A program made the translations under genes and the position numbers. DNA of 64,000 bases, taken from positions 9,217,819 to 9,281,818 of the forward strand of contig MU058065.1 of the NCBI GenBank assembly GCA_013265495.1, written 5' to 3'. The stretch comes from Vicugna vicugna (taxonomy: Eukaryota). The stretch's first letter is position 1; each line of letters starts with the position of its first letter. A model generated the notes under the pieces. It was not told the origin of the DNA. It was given only the letters and a program-made list of their open reading frames with translations, and did not search any database. Of this stretch, positions 12,451 to 25,267 are shown piece by piece.

Positions 12451-14277
12451 TGGAGTACCCGACAGGGGCCATGACCATCTGAAAACCTTGGAAACTCAGA
12501 ATGACTTTTCTTCAAGATTTTAGACACTGAGATTCTCTTGTAATTAGAATTTCTCTCTCTTTGCTTCCCTGACTCTCTCTTTGCCTCTCTCTTTCCCTCT
12601 CCTTTGGCATTCTATAATGAATACCAGATTTCATTTTTGTTGGATTAGTGCTTTCAGTTAGCCACATAATATTATTTTCAAGACTTGTAGCTGGCAGTAT
12701 ACCTGTAACACAGGACCACTCTGTACCTTAGATAAGAGAGCTTTATTATTATTAGGGTTCGGAGAATGATACGTATTTGGAAAATACTTGTCTCATTACA
12801 CAGTTTATTTCAATGAAGATAAGGTGGTATTGTGTTATCCTGCTCTGAAGAAAGGCTGCCCGAGGTGATATTTTTAGCCAGTATTTTGGCGTGGCGTGGC
12901 ACTCATATATAGTTCTTTAATTCGTAGTCTGAAATGACTGGCAGCACAGGAACAAAGGCTTATAGTATGATGGTAGTTAAGGCATGTCTCAGACTAGACT
13001 GACAGTGACCGTGCCTGACAAGCCCGCCTGATCTAAGCTAGTGATTTACGGCACAGCAGAGGGCTTGCCTCTTTCCTCAGACTGAGTTGAGAAATACTGG
13101 AAAAATGAAACATCAGTGGAAGCAGATGCTGGCAGTCACGTGGGAGGCCGTGATGCATGGTGAGCAGGCAGGGACGATGCATAGGAGTCTCTGAAGCAGA
13201 CCAGCTGTGGAGTAGAAAGTGAGAAGACCAGTTAGTGGCAGGAGCGAGAGCGGGGGATGAGCATGTGGATACTGGGACTGGAAAGGAAGACCTCACAGAC
13301 TTGTGTTTCTTTGTCCTGTAATGCAGCCCCACACCCCCGCACGCTCACTCTTGGGGCCCAGCTCTTCTTGGAGCTCAGTGATGGGTTCCTTGAGGCTTCC
13401 TGGGTGTGTCATTATTACAGTAAAACTTTCAGCACTTGATGTAACTTGAGAGCATCTCTGCCTGGCAGCTGAGAGAGCCTGTCCAAATCACACTTCTCTG
13501 TTCCAACATCACAGACCTTGGTGAAAAGCTTTGGCCTGAAACTGCCTCTTTCAGTAATGGCGAGACCTGGGGCAAGTGTTTAAAACCTTCTAATGCCTTC
13601 AGTTTCTTTCTCAGTGGAAAAAATAGGCTGTTATTACTGGTTGTATATATATTCTGCATATGTATCACAAATACATTCTCAGACTGGGGGTGCGAGGTGT
13701 ACATACTGAATTCCACTGTTTTAGATTAAAGACTCAGATAGAAGCTGAAATCAGTTTGTAATTTTTCACTTAGGCAGCTTTTCACAATTTTAAACTGTGT
13801 CTAAAAAACCAACCAAAGCATTTGGTAGACCAAACTGTGTCTTAAAAAAAAAAAATTAAGACAAAAGCCCTCTTCAGGGGGAATTTGGGAAATCTTTCAG
13901 TCTAATTAAAAACACTGTGGCCCATAATGTCTTGATGTCTTGTGATCAGATTCCCAGGATCTGAGATCCAAGAAGTGAATAGCGTGTTGTCATTTCTGAA
14001 GATTCCACCAGCTCGTCTTGTAGGGTCATATTCTCAGCACCCTGGTTTTTCATACTAGTTTCATTAAGACCATGCGTACCTCATGTGGCTCCTCTGATAG
14101 CTCATCCATTCCCTGTGTACAAAGGCCATTTTGTAAGACTTCAGCATTACAGGACTCCTCAGTGACTTTAGCTGTGGTATTAACATATGCTGTGGGCTTT
14201 TGAGTCCTGATTTGGCAACTTACAGTGGCCAGTAGATCCCAGTAGAGCCAAACTGTGAGTTTTGGGAATCACACAGG

Positions 14278-14450
14278 TGATATTTATGGAACACTTGCTG
14301 TGTGTCAGGTGCTGTGGTTCTTGCTTTAAAACACAATCTCGTTTAATCCTCATATTAGGCAAAGGGAGGAACCAGTGTGATCCTCCTGGTCCAGATGACG
14401 AAACTGGGGCCTGGAGAAGTTAAGTAATGTACCCAAGTTCACACAAAACT
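14278..14450 (-). mobile_element. MIR SINE
   Basis: tttaatcctcat...cagatgacgaaactggggcctggagaagttaagtaatgtacccaagttcacaca. Confidence 0.75.
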
Positions 14451-14799
14451 GAGAAGTTTCGCCAAATAACTTGCAGTAAAGTTTGCACAAGATCTCAGGT
14501 ACATTTTGTGCATCATAATACTGTGTGATGTAGAATTCGAACAAAGAGCTCAAAACACTTAAGTCAGGATGACCTAGGTTCAGATTCAGTCTTACAATCC
14601 AACACTCTCCCTCCATGCGCTGACTTACTTCAAAACTGCTCTTAAACTGAAGCTCAGAGGCCTCTCCTTGACATTTGAGGCTCTGCAGTTCGACCCCAGT
14701 CTTATTTTCTGGGCTATTCCTCACAGGATGTCTTAGCTAGTGGCAAGCTGTCCTCTTCTGCGTGTCTGAATTGCAGTCAGGTGGGCCTTTATGCCATGC

Positions 14800-14995
14800 T
14801 TTAATCCATGTTATAGCAGATATCAGAATTCCCCTCCCCTTTTTAAAAGGCTAAATAATATTCCATTGTATCTATAAACCGCATTTTGTTTATCCATTCA
14901 TCTGTCAGTGGATGCTTGGGTTACTTCCACTTTTTGGCTATTGTAAACAATGCTGCAGTTGAACTTGGGTGTACAGATATCTGTTTTGAGTCTCT
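14800..14995 (-). mobile_element. L1 (L1M-type) fragment, ORF2 end/3' UTR
   Basis: ggctaaataatattccattgta...ttgtttatccattcatctgtcagtggatgcttgggttacttccactttttggctattgtaaacaatgctgc. Confidence 0.85.
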
Positions 14996-15338
14996 AGCAA
15001 TTCATACTTTAAAAAAATACATTTTGAAGAATACAATTATCTTAGCAAAAAAATTTTTTTAAAAGGGTGGAGTTCACTTATGACCTAAAACCTAAAATCT
15101 CATGTGCTACTCTCTGGGGGAACATTTCTTTATCCGAATCTTGCCCATCCTTTTAGACCTGCCCAAATCCTCTGACTTCTCTGGACCATTCTCATATCTC
15201 TGCAGTTGGCAATGACCTTTCCTTCATTTAAACCCAAAGCACTCCTTTATACAGTAAGATAAGGAGACTAATATACTCGCTTAGCTAACAGTCACTTAAA
15301 TCCTATTTCACCTGTTTTTGTGGCTACAGTGGTTAACT

Positions 15339-15472
15339 CTTTTTTTTTAATTGAAGTATAGTCAGTTGCAATGTGTCAATTTCTGCTGTACAGCATAATG
15401 TTTCAGTCATACGTATACACACATATATTCGTTTTCATATTCTTTTTCAATGTAAGTTACTGCAAGATACAG
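15339..15472 (-). mobile_element. Short 5'-truncated L1 3' end with poly-T and TSD
   Basis: ttttttttaattgaagtatagtcagttgcaatgtgtcaatttctgctgtacagcat is an L1 3' terminus. Flanks agtggttaact (15328-15338) and agtagttaact (15473-15483). Confidence 0.8.
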
Positions 15473-18400
15473 AGTAGTTAACTGTTAAATTTTATATTTT
15501 ATGATTATAAGAGTCTCACTTTCTAAGCTCTCTTGTAAGTTCCTCAGGGGCACAGACCACGAGAGTGTCTTATCTTTTCACTATGCCCGACAGGATGTTT
15601 TTGCATAAAGAAGGCTCTTGGTAAATGCGTTGCTTGCTTGTTAAATGGTTGTCAGCTAAATTCAGTCAAGGCAGTCAGTGTGGTTGTGCAGCCAGGTGAA
15701 GGGTTATCCTTACCTGAGTCCTGGATTTCAGCTGTTACTACTTTAGAGGTGAAGGTAACATGGCTTGGAGACTGGGACGTGGAGAACTTCAGCGTAGTCT
15801 TCAGTATTTCTCTGATGCTGTTTTAGACTAAATAATTAACATCCGGTAAGATATTTAAATAAACATACCTGTTGCATCCCCTCTTTCCTGATTTATTTCT
15901 CTGCAATTAAAGGATGGTGATGATTATGATACCATGTCTTGCATTTCTTCACGATACTGGGACAACTTTGCTGGGATAAACATAAAAAAAAAACCACTTT
16001 TCTGTTGAGATGAAAAATTTCCCCTGTAACTAGATCTTTTCTCCCTCCTCCTTTATTGTTTACTCCTGGTAGTGTAAGAATTTCAGCATTCCTCAAATCG
16101 TCGAATGGGAGGCTTCTGCCCAGCAGAGTAGCTCTCTGTTCTACAAAGGTGAACACACCATTGTAAGGCCTTGTACAACACAAATTCCTGTGATGAGGCC
16201 TTCTCAGCTGCTTCTGCCAAAGCTTCCCAGGCCTGACAGACAACATGGACTGTGTGCCCCAAGGAAGAGCGAGCAGATTCTTGGCTCCTTGTCCTGATTC
16301 CACTTCCATTAGGTAATGTGGTCATACCACTTAGCGTCTTTGTGCTCCATTGTTACGGACGTTGAAATGGAGAATTCATTTCTATCTCATGGTGATTTAG
16401 GAAGAGTTTAGTAGAAAGGTGCTTCGGTATCCATTGTGTACCAAAACCGTAATAAGTGTGGGGAACGAGTTTTTAAGAAACTGCAGAGACTGTAAACAAA
16501 TAACTGGAATTCATTCTGAAGAAAATAAGGAAGCTGGTAGGTGGGCAGATGGGATGCCTGGTTAGAGCCTCAGCACAGCAGGGGCTTTAAAAATATTATT
16601 TTGGAAGAAGTTGATACTTGAAAAGAGGTCATCCTGGTGAAAAGGAGTCATTGTAGGATTTCTTTACACAATATTTTATGGTTTAGTTATAATTTTATTT
16701 TCAGTTTCAGATGGGGAATTGAAATACAAACTTTCAGGGTTTAGGGCTTCTAAAGAAGAATGTTGCCCTGGGAACAAGTATGATATGAAAGATGTGAAAC
16801 TCTTCTGGCTTTTCTTTGTCTGTGTACTGACGTTTCATTCACCTGGCATCGTGGTGAAGTGTGTGGACAGTTCCACATAATTGAGACACACAAAATATGA
16901 AAACTGTGCTTCTCTGTTTAACTTGAGAAAAGTTTTTTTGATTAGATATCCATCCAAAATGTATTGCATATGCCCTTGTCGTCGAAAACAGAATGCTTTC
17001 TCTCGTCTTGGCCCTTGATGGTTGGGCTGTGTTCTGACTCAGGGCCCGCGGAGCCGAGCTGTTGGCTCGTACTCTGAACAACTCTTCTGTTTTTGTACTT
17101 TTAGAGTTATTTTGATCACTTCTTGCTCCTTTTCTCTTTTTCTTTGTTTGCTTTTCTTTCTATTTTTCTTCCCCTCTATCCTTTTCCTTTTTCCACTAGT
17201 GGCCATTATTTCTTCCCTTAGGGTGGGAGCTCTTAACCTGGAGGGAATGCACAAACTTTTATGTGCATATTATACGAGTGTTCTTGGAGGGGGAAGATTC
17301 TTGGCCTTCATTGGCATCTCAGCCAACAACAACTGCAAAAAAGGTAGGAGCTGCTCTGTAGCAGTAATTTTTGAACTACAAGTTTCATCCCATTAATGGG
17401 TGAGGAAAACCACCCACTGGGTTTAGGTTAGGATCAGCAGTTTTAAAATATTTTGTAGCAAATAGAATTGAACAAAGGGTATCAGTACATTGCATGTGAT
17501 AAAGATATTAATGGTTTTGTGAACTTTTATTTCATATATATATATGTATGTGTATGTATATATACACTCAAACATACACGTACTTGGTTGTGGTGAAAAT
17601 TTTACTTTTTGCAGTGAATCGTAGTTAGACGCTTGAAACACACCTCCACAGGAAAGCTCTGATTTACAGATGTTGCCGTGGTTTCTCTGTAGTGTGCGGA
17701 GATGCTGTGTACCAAGTTTCTTAGAAATGTGGCTAACATGAAAGTGATGCTAGAAGTTTTATTTTTTCCTTTTGAAATGTTTGCAGAATTAATTACATAG
17801 GACAATTTAAAGGGGGAGGTAAAATAGAAGGTAGGCCAGCAGCGACACTGGCAGGGTTGCTGCATTTGAGAGTAGAACCTAGTCCTGTGAGCTCTGAAGG
17901 TGGAGGCCAAAAGCAGTTCTCAACTCTTGTTACCCGTCCTTTCTCTAGGGAGACTGCTGAAGACGGGCCTGCCTGACCCTGCCCCAGACCATTGAAATAG
18001 TCTTTGAGGAGGGAGTTCTGGAAGAACTTTCTCATAGAATAAAAGGCAGGGCCTTTGGTTATGTATCCATCAGGGGACCTTTCCTCTGGGTTCTGAATTG
18101 TGGTCTGGAGAGTAGAGGTTGCCGGATGCCTGTCCTCCGGAAAAGACTTCAGTTTTCTCTGTAATCACAGTAGGAGCACTCAAGTATTATTTGGTTATTC
18201 ACAAGGCATCTGTTCTGGAATTCTAGAGATATCTGAAGTATGAAGACGGAGATTGTTTTGACTTAGGAATGTTTGTACATTCTTGATTTAATGTCTGCCC
18301 TTGAGTGAAAGATAAACCTGCTAATTGAGTTTGTAGAAAGGTAGAGCCTGTCCTCCCCTCTTAACCTTTTTCTTTTCTTTCCTTGTTCCCTTCTCTCCCC

Positions 18401-19266
18401 TCCCCCCTCCCTTCTCTCCTGTTCCTTTCTCCCTCTGAGATGTCCGAAGATGGTTCCCCAGGGCAGTGGGAGTGGAGGGGGCTTTCTGTTATCATGGTGG
18501 TGGTGTGCATGCCTCAGGACTTGGGGTGCTGCGGGTTGGGAGCTTGGAGGGGTGAGCCAGGAGGGCTGGGTGGCTAGGAGGTTGGTTACACTGAGTAAAC
18601 AAGTACATTGATTGAGCACATCCATCCATCCATCTATTGAGGGTAATGAGAGCCAGACTTGTCTCTGTTGGAGAGGCCAGATGAGACCTAATTGGTAGGT
18701 AGTCCATTCCAGGGGAAGAAGTGCTTTTTGTGTGATTAGCTTAGTAGAAGAACACGCCCTGGATTCCAGCCGGAGTTTTTCTGTGCGCCCTTTGGGCCAT
18801 AGGGACCAGGTGGAGTGTGAGCGCAGCCCAGAAGTGGCCTGGAGGGAATGAGCTGGGTGCTGGAGGCCTTTTGTGGGCTCTCTTGGCACTGGCACTGTCC
18901 GGTGGGTCCGCAGCTGCTCGGTGTTGGGCGCAGTGCGTGCCTACCTCTCATTTCCAGTTGAGTGAGTGAGTGGAGCTCTAGGGGGCAAGAGGTGGATCCT
19001 TTTTGCTGCTCCCCTTTGTCAAGGTTTACCATGCTTTCCCTTCTTTTGTTTTTCTCTCCTTGGCATGTTCAAAATAAAAAGGACACATAGTACCCAGCTC
19101 TTTGACGCACATACTTGAGTTTAAAAAAACTGTGTCTTACCACCAACTTTTTAATTCCAGTGGTTACTTAATGAGTTAGTTTGCGATCCTTTTTAGAGCA
19201 TGATGCAATATGAAAACACCAACTTCAATTTGTATACAGTTGCTTGTTAAAGGAAATAATGAAGTA

Positions 19267-19589
19267 CAGTCAGCCCTTGGTATCTGTGGGTTCCTCATCT
19301 GCAGATTCAACCAATAGCAGAGTGAAAGTATTGGTTGTGGGGGGAGGTGGCGGAATTCCAGAAAGTTCCAAATAGCAAAAAACTTTGCCATGAGCTGACA
19401 ACTATTTAGATAGCATTTACGTTGTATGAGGTTTTAGGAGTAATCTAGAGGTAACTTAAAGTATTGGGGAGGATGCGTGTAAGTTATATGCAAATATGCC
19501 ATTTTATAGAAGGGACTTGAGCATCCTTGGAGTTTGGTCTTTGCAGGCAGTCCTGGAACCAATTCCCCAGGGATACTGAGGGACAAATG
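19267..19589 (-). mobile_element. MER2-family (TcMar-Tigger) non-autonomous DNA transposon
   Basis: TA-flanked. Imperfect TIRs cagtcagcccttggtatc and gatactgagggacaaatg. Internal gggacttgagcatcc...gtcctggaaccaattcccc motif. Confidence 0.85.
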
Positions 19590-20043
19590 TATATTGTTTG
19601 TAAGTCCAAATGTTAATTTATGTAAAAAGAAACTGTCTGGTCACTATTGCTCTGCTCCCTGGAAAGGAGTTTTGATTTGTTATTGCAGCTACCTGAATGT
19701 AGAGTGGATAGCTGCCTGAATAGAGGAGGATTGTAAGCTCCACCCAGCTCACCTGCTGCTACCAGAGAGAGGAGGACTGTCACTAATGAACATTTGAGTT
19801 ATTCTGTTGGCAGATGTGAGAATATTTAAATCATTAACTAATGCACGTAGAACCTTCAAGGAAGAAGTCATAAACAGCAAGGGCACGTATCACAGTAGAG
19901 GACAAACCTAGGAGTTCAAGATTAGAGGATACGTATCTGGAACATATACTGTAAAGCAGAATAAAGAGAGCACAGTTTCTTTTACTGTTTGCTCGTTTAG
20001 GTTGATAGACGGGCCCTCTTTCTGACTAGTTGAGTCATGTTGG

Positions 20044-20556
20044 TGTATCAGTAAGGTCATTGTTGCTGTGTAACAACTTCCCCCACCGCCTCAGGTAATG
20101 GCATGAGACTGCAGTTATTTATTTGCGCACAGTTCCGCGATTCTCCGGATAGCAGTTTAGACTGAGTCCGGCTTGGTGCATCTTCTGGTCTCACCTAGAA
20201 TCACGCATGTGGCTTCCAGCATCTGGTGGCCTAATAGGGGCTGGGTGGTAGAATGTTCTTGCTCCTATGTCTGCCGGTTATCTACAGGTGCCTCAGTTTT
20301 CTCCGTGACCTCTCTGACAGGCTAGCTCAAGCTCACTAACATTATGGCTTCTACCCACAGTCATAAAAAAAAGGGGGCACAACCTAATACATGAATGCTC
20401 AAGCCTCTGCTTGGATCTCATAATGTCCAGTTTGAAGGGGTGGAGGGTAAACTCTATGTCTTATAGGACGAGTGGCAGAGTCCCATTTCAAAGGGTATGT
20501 GTGCACACAGGGGTGGTAGGAATTGTTCCGGCCATCTTTGCAAACAGTCTACCACA
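20044..20556 (-). mobile_element. Solo MaLR LTR (MLT1H/I/J-like)
   Basis: TG...CA termini (tgtatcagt...gccatctttgcaaacagtctaccaca) with 5-bp flanks gttgg and gtagg. Confidence 0.7.
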
Positions 20557-22673
20557 GTAGGACAGGGGACTTAGTGGGGAAAGATACAGTTTAAGGGTTT
20601 GTTCAGTGGCAATATGTGGCATACAAGTTTAATAAAATATTAGGCACTGTATGGTAGTGTACTTGGTATTATATTTCAACAGAAGAATAATTGTATGAGA
20701 ATGGTTTGTGCTGTCCACTCTCCTAGTGATGAACAAGCCCTGTGCAAATTAGTCATTCAGTTAAATATTTATGGGGCATCATTCATGGGCCAGACCTGTT
20801 CTAGGTGATAAGAAAACAGCTGGGGAAAAAAAAGCACACGTAATTTTATATAATTCCATATATATGAAAGTCACAAGTAATAAAGGGAAACTTGAAACAT
20901 TAGGACTGTGGCTTTTAATTTTGGATTTGGGGCAGCCGAGTTTGTTCTCCATGTAAGAATGCCACACAGGCAGATTTTTATCAGGAATTTAGCCACTGTG
21001 AAGTTTGTTTTAAAGAGCAACTTAATCGGTTTCTCTGCTAAAGCAATTACATTAAAAGGAGATTCATGTACTTTTCTACTAAAGAAAGCTGAACCTTTAA
21101 TCAACAGATTTTAAAGGAATAAATTATTGTATTTTCATATCTATCAATCTTAGTAATTCTAGTATATTAGTTATAAGCTATTCAGACAATGATTCAGTGT
21201 CTAGCATCTCCCATCTTCTTGCCTGGGTGGGTTGGAGTGTGAAGATACCTTCCTGGAAAAGTCTTGTCTAAATGGGATATTAGTTAGGAACGTTGTTGGA
21301 GTCATCTCTTGTCCGGCCAGATTAATTGGATCCTAGTACTAGGATGTCAGAAATAAATGGTAAAAATTGCATGGAAACTGAGAGCTTTTCTTTCACAGCA
21401 GCAGTCTTGTCTATTCTTGACAAGATTGTATTCTTACAAGTTGAAAGTAGGTGTAACAGTGACCTGTTCAGTTTTCCAGATTGGGGGAAAAGTCTTTTAT
21501 AATTAAAATAATTGTGACCCATGTTTAAAAAAAATCAGAACGTTTGTACTGTTCTGTTTTCTGTTCTGTTTAATTTTCTAGAAAGATCTGAAAATCTCCT
21601 TGAGACCAATAGTGACAATACTGGAAAAACTTGTTGCTCTAAAAATGTCACCTTTTGTTGCATGACCCTGGAAAGGTAGGGAAGTTGGAGGTGACATTTT
21701 TCTTCCTTCCTTTCTTTTTTTCACGTTTTTCTTAAAAAAATTTTTTTTTTATCACTGGTATCTTTTTGTTAGCATCCCCCTACTCCTTGCCGCCAGCCGT
21801 CTTTATCATGTTGAAACTGAAAGGAAAAATGGAGCTGCTAAGATGAGTTACAGTTAAGTGACTTTTGCTTACGGCATTGTGCTAGTCTTTGTACAAAACG
21901 ACCTAAACCAACACTGCTCTTGCTGCCAAGAATTTAAGATCGTAATGGAAGGGAAGATAGTGTTCTGGTTTGCAGTGTGAGAGGGTTACTTTTTGCCAAA
22001 AAAGCATTGATCCCTCCAAAAGTACATTTAAATTCTGCATTAAATTTAAATTCAACGTGCAAGGAACTCCCTTTCAGAAAGTACATTTAAATTCTGATAT
22101 TACAGTCCATTAGCTATCAGATTACTTTGTTTGACTGCCTGAGGGATAACTGTGGCTTTAATATCGAGCTGTATGTGGTCTGAGCCCATTGTAGAGATTG
22201 ACCGTCCATGTAAGGGCAGTGCCAAAGTCAAGGCCCTGCTGGACAGGTATGGGTGTGAGTAGGGCCAAGGGGAAGCCCAGGCTACTGTAGACTGAAATAT
22301 GAGGATAAAGATGAGAGAAGGAAACCCATTCTAAGTGGAGTCAGGGAAGGCATAGCTCTCGCTCACAATTAGCCATGGATGGTGACGAAAGTTTTGGCAA
22401 GTATGACAGGGCTTTGGAGAACTCTTATCCAGGATCATGAATTAAACTAGAGATTTATTTTGAAAGGCATTTTCAATGTATACATCTGTGTTTTCCATTT
22501 ATCAGGAAAATGAATAACCATCATTGACCATCTGTCTTCAGTGATGTCAAGTGTTCTTGAAAAGTATAAAATGAATGGTCGGGCAGTAGAGCTAGTGTTT
22601 TTAACAGGATGAAACCATGCGACACTAAGACTTAAGATGTTAAGATGGGTGTATTTTATTCTTTCTTTTGCAG

Positions 22674-22789
22674 ACATACATTGGAAGTGTGGTTATATCC
22701 GTTAACCCATACCGATCACTGCCCATTTATTCACCAGAGAAAGTGGAAGATTACAGGAACAGAAACTTTTATGAACTGAGCCCTCACAT
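22674..22789 (+). CDS. MYO1B: Myosin-Ib second coding exon (116 nt), motor domain
   Basis: Acceptor ttttattctttcttttgcag. Translates TYIGSVVISVNPYRSLPIYSPEKVEDYRNRNFYELSPH plus AT, with the myosin NPY and PH motifs. Donor GTAAGT at 22790, phase 2, in frame with the previous exon. Confidence 0.97.
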
Positions 22790-23797
22790 GTAAGTATGGT
22801 ATTAAACGTAAGTTTTTCTTTCACTCCAGAGATGTTTCGTTGACAGATGTGTCCAGCTGTTTCCTTGGAGTCTCAGGAAAATATTTTAGTCATTTTTTAA
22901 AAATTAGGTGAAGGAATGTAGAAGTTACTTGTTCTGCCTTATTTTAAATAATAAAAAAAAAGGCAGAATACTCCATTTGGCTTCAGGCTCTTTAAGTTCT
23001 GAAATATTTGGGTTCAGCATGTAAAATATTTTCTGTTAAAAATTCTGTGTAAGTAGCAGCTGCTGCTAATTATTTTTGCAAATAAAACAGGAATGTGCAT
23101 TGTTTATTATAAAGAGGCCAAGCAGCATTGTCATGCCCTTGTTGGGTCAAGAGAGATCCCATGTGTTGGGTTGTGTAATGGTTTTTGAAGAAAAGGAGTA
23201 AATAATACCTTCAGGTTACACTTTTCATGGACATTGTTCACCAGATGTGTGCATTAGGTCAATGATTTCACCTTTCCTGAAGTTAGTTGCTTATTTGATT
23301 TTTCTGAGAAGAATCACTTGTAAATAATTCTTGTAAGTAGTAGCCTACAGTAACCACATAGTACTGAGGTTGAGAAACCCTGAACTAAAGTGAAAGAATC
23401 TGCAGAGTTTCAGCTGTGTCCTAGCAGAAAAGAATTTTCTCTGTATGATTGAAGGTAGGCTCTATTAATTTTGATAGAAAATAAATCTAATAAGTAAAGA
23501 ACGTATATACTACTGCCCAGATGTTTAGTTTCTCTTGATAATGGTGCATGCAGTGACATGTAAATAACTTGTGAAAATGGGTATTAAAAGCTAAACACTA
23601 TGTGTTTTACCATTCAAGCAAATTCTGATTATTCAGTTTTCTCCTAGAAGTAGATTTTGCAAGGGAACTTGTTTCATTTTGCTTTAGCAAAAATAAAATA
23701 TGAAATTTGTTTTGTACACTTACTCCTGTAGTTAAGTCCCTCCAGTGAAATACTTTATTTGATGCCTTCGTATTTATTCTAAATTCTAGACCTTGAA

Positions 23798-23958
23798 GCC
23801 ATGTTTCTCAAATGCTTAGATCAGATATGTCAGAATCTCCCAGGAGCTTAGGTAAAACCAATTTCCTAGGCCTTATCTCTTAATAAGCCTGGACTCTACA
23901 TTTTGTACAAGATTTCCAGATAATTTGTATTGTACATACGAGTCTGAGAACATGTTGT
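23798..23958. mobile_element. MER5-like hAT-Charlie relic
   Basis: ccatgtttctcaaa...tcagaatctcccaggagctt...tctacatttt...gagtctgagaacatgttg. Confidence 0.55.
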
Positions 23959-24048
23959 CTTAGATGTATATTTGCAAATGTTTTTCCCTTTCTTAACTGC
24001 TTATCACAAATCCTGATCTTTTACAGTAATAGCAATAATGATGATGTC

Positions 24049-24240
24049 AATAGTAGCTTCTATTTATTGAATGCTTTCTGTGTGCAGGAAAAAGAAAACT
24101 TCTCTAAGTACTTTGCATGTATTATAATTCACATCATTCTCAAAATCTTGTGAGGGTAGGTACTATTAGAAATGGGGAAATTGTCTCAGAAAAACAAGTC
24201 ATTTATCAAAGCCACACAGCTCGTGGGTAGGAGCAGGGCT
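24049..24240 (-). mobile_element. MIR SINE
   Basis: atttattgaatgctttctgtgtgc...ctaagtactttgcatgtattat...gtgagggtaggtactatt...aaagccacacagct. Confidence 0.7.
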
Positions 24241-24589
24241 GTGGAAACAGTCACCTGCTGTGCCTTTCAGCTGGAAACGGGTTCCCCCATCTTCAGCTTA
24301 GGGCCTCTTACTGTGCCATTTCATCCCGCTACCCTCGGGGTTGCCTGTATTCCCGCGCCCTGGGCCCTCCAAGATAACCTTAGCTGTGCCTCAGTTTACC
24401 TCCAGAGGCTGCATGCCATTCTTCCATTTGCAGCTTAAACTCCACTTTGGGGATGTTTAGATGTATAGTAGAAGTTCATGCTGTCCTCGCTCCTGAAAGA
24501 TTCCTCTGAGAGGCTGCACAGCACTGCTACCTGGCTTCACCCATTACCTCTAAGGGAGAAAACCATTCCAGCAATAAAATAAATTCCCA

Positions 24590-25015
24590 GTGTGCTTAAG
24601 ATAAAGACAGAATCTTTTTACCATGGTCTATAAAACATTTGCATAGAGTGCAAGGTACAATTTCACCTGAATTTGCGGGATTCGTATCACACCTCCCTCC
24701 CCATTTTACTTTGTCCTTTCTGTCCTCGGCTCACTCCTTCTTGTCCTTCATGTCAATGTCATCTTTGCACATTCTGTGCCTTTTGCCTGGAATGCTTTTC
24801 CCTCCCTTCTCCCCAAGGCAACTCTTGTTCTTCCCTTAGATCTCAGATTGCATTTGACTTCCTCCCTCACCCTTCCTTGCCAAGATCTACTGCTCCTGTC
24901 ACAGTTACAGTTAAACTTTTCTTTATGGGATTATTTGATTCATGTCACTGCCACGGCGGCATTTGCTCACCATAATATTCTTAGCACCCGAAAGTGAGTG
25001 TTCAAAATATATTGA
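24590..25015 (+). mobile_element. L2 LINE 3' fragment
   Basis: ctttgcacattctgtgccttttgcctggaatgcttttcc...tcccttagatctcag: L2 3' region. Confidence 0.6.
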
Positions 25016-25020
25016 ACGGG

Positions 25021-25267
25021 ACTTGGGTTTGAGTCCCAGCTCTTCCATTTACAAACTATGAAATCTTGAGCAAATTCTGTGAAAAAACACTTCAACTCAG
25101 AAATTAAATAATTTGCTCTGTACAGTGGAAAAGTAATTATTAACTTCTAGGATTTTGTGAGGGATAACTGTCTAGTAGATAATTAGATAATATAATTGTC
25201 TGGAATAAATAAAGTGCTTAGCAGGAAATCTACCACAGCCCTGTTGTAATAGACAGCTACTGTTATT
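25021..25267 (+). mobile_element. MIR SINE
   Basis: cttgggtttgagtcccagctcttccatttac...atcttgagcaa...ttgtgagggataa...taaagtgcttagca. Confidence 0.7.

Larger units (their letters stand above)
5374..22673 (+). other. MYO1B: GT-AG intron of MYO1B (17,300 bp)
   Basis: Bounded by the donor and acceptor of two in-frame exons. No additional myosin-like exon seen inside. Confidence 0.9.

Noticed and set aside
18263..18895. Longest ORF in the window (210 aa, minus strand)
   Set aside because: It runs through purine/pyrimidine-biased low-complexity DNA, with no homology I recognise and no supporting gene structure.
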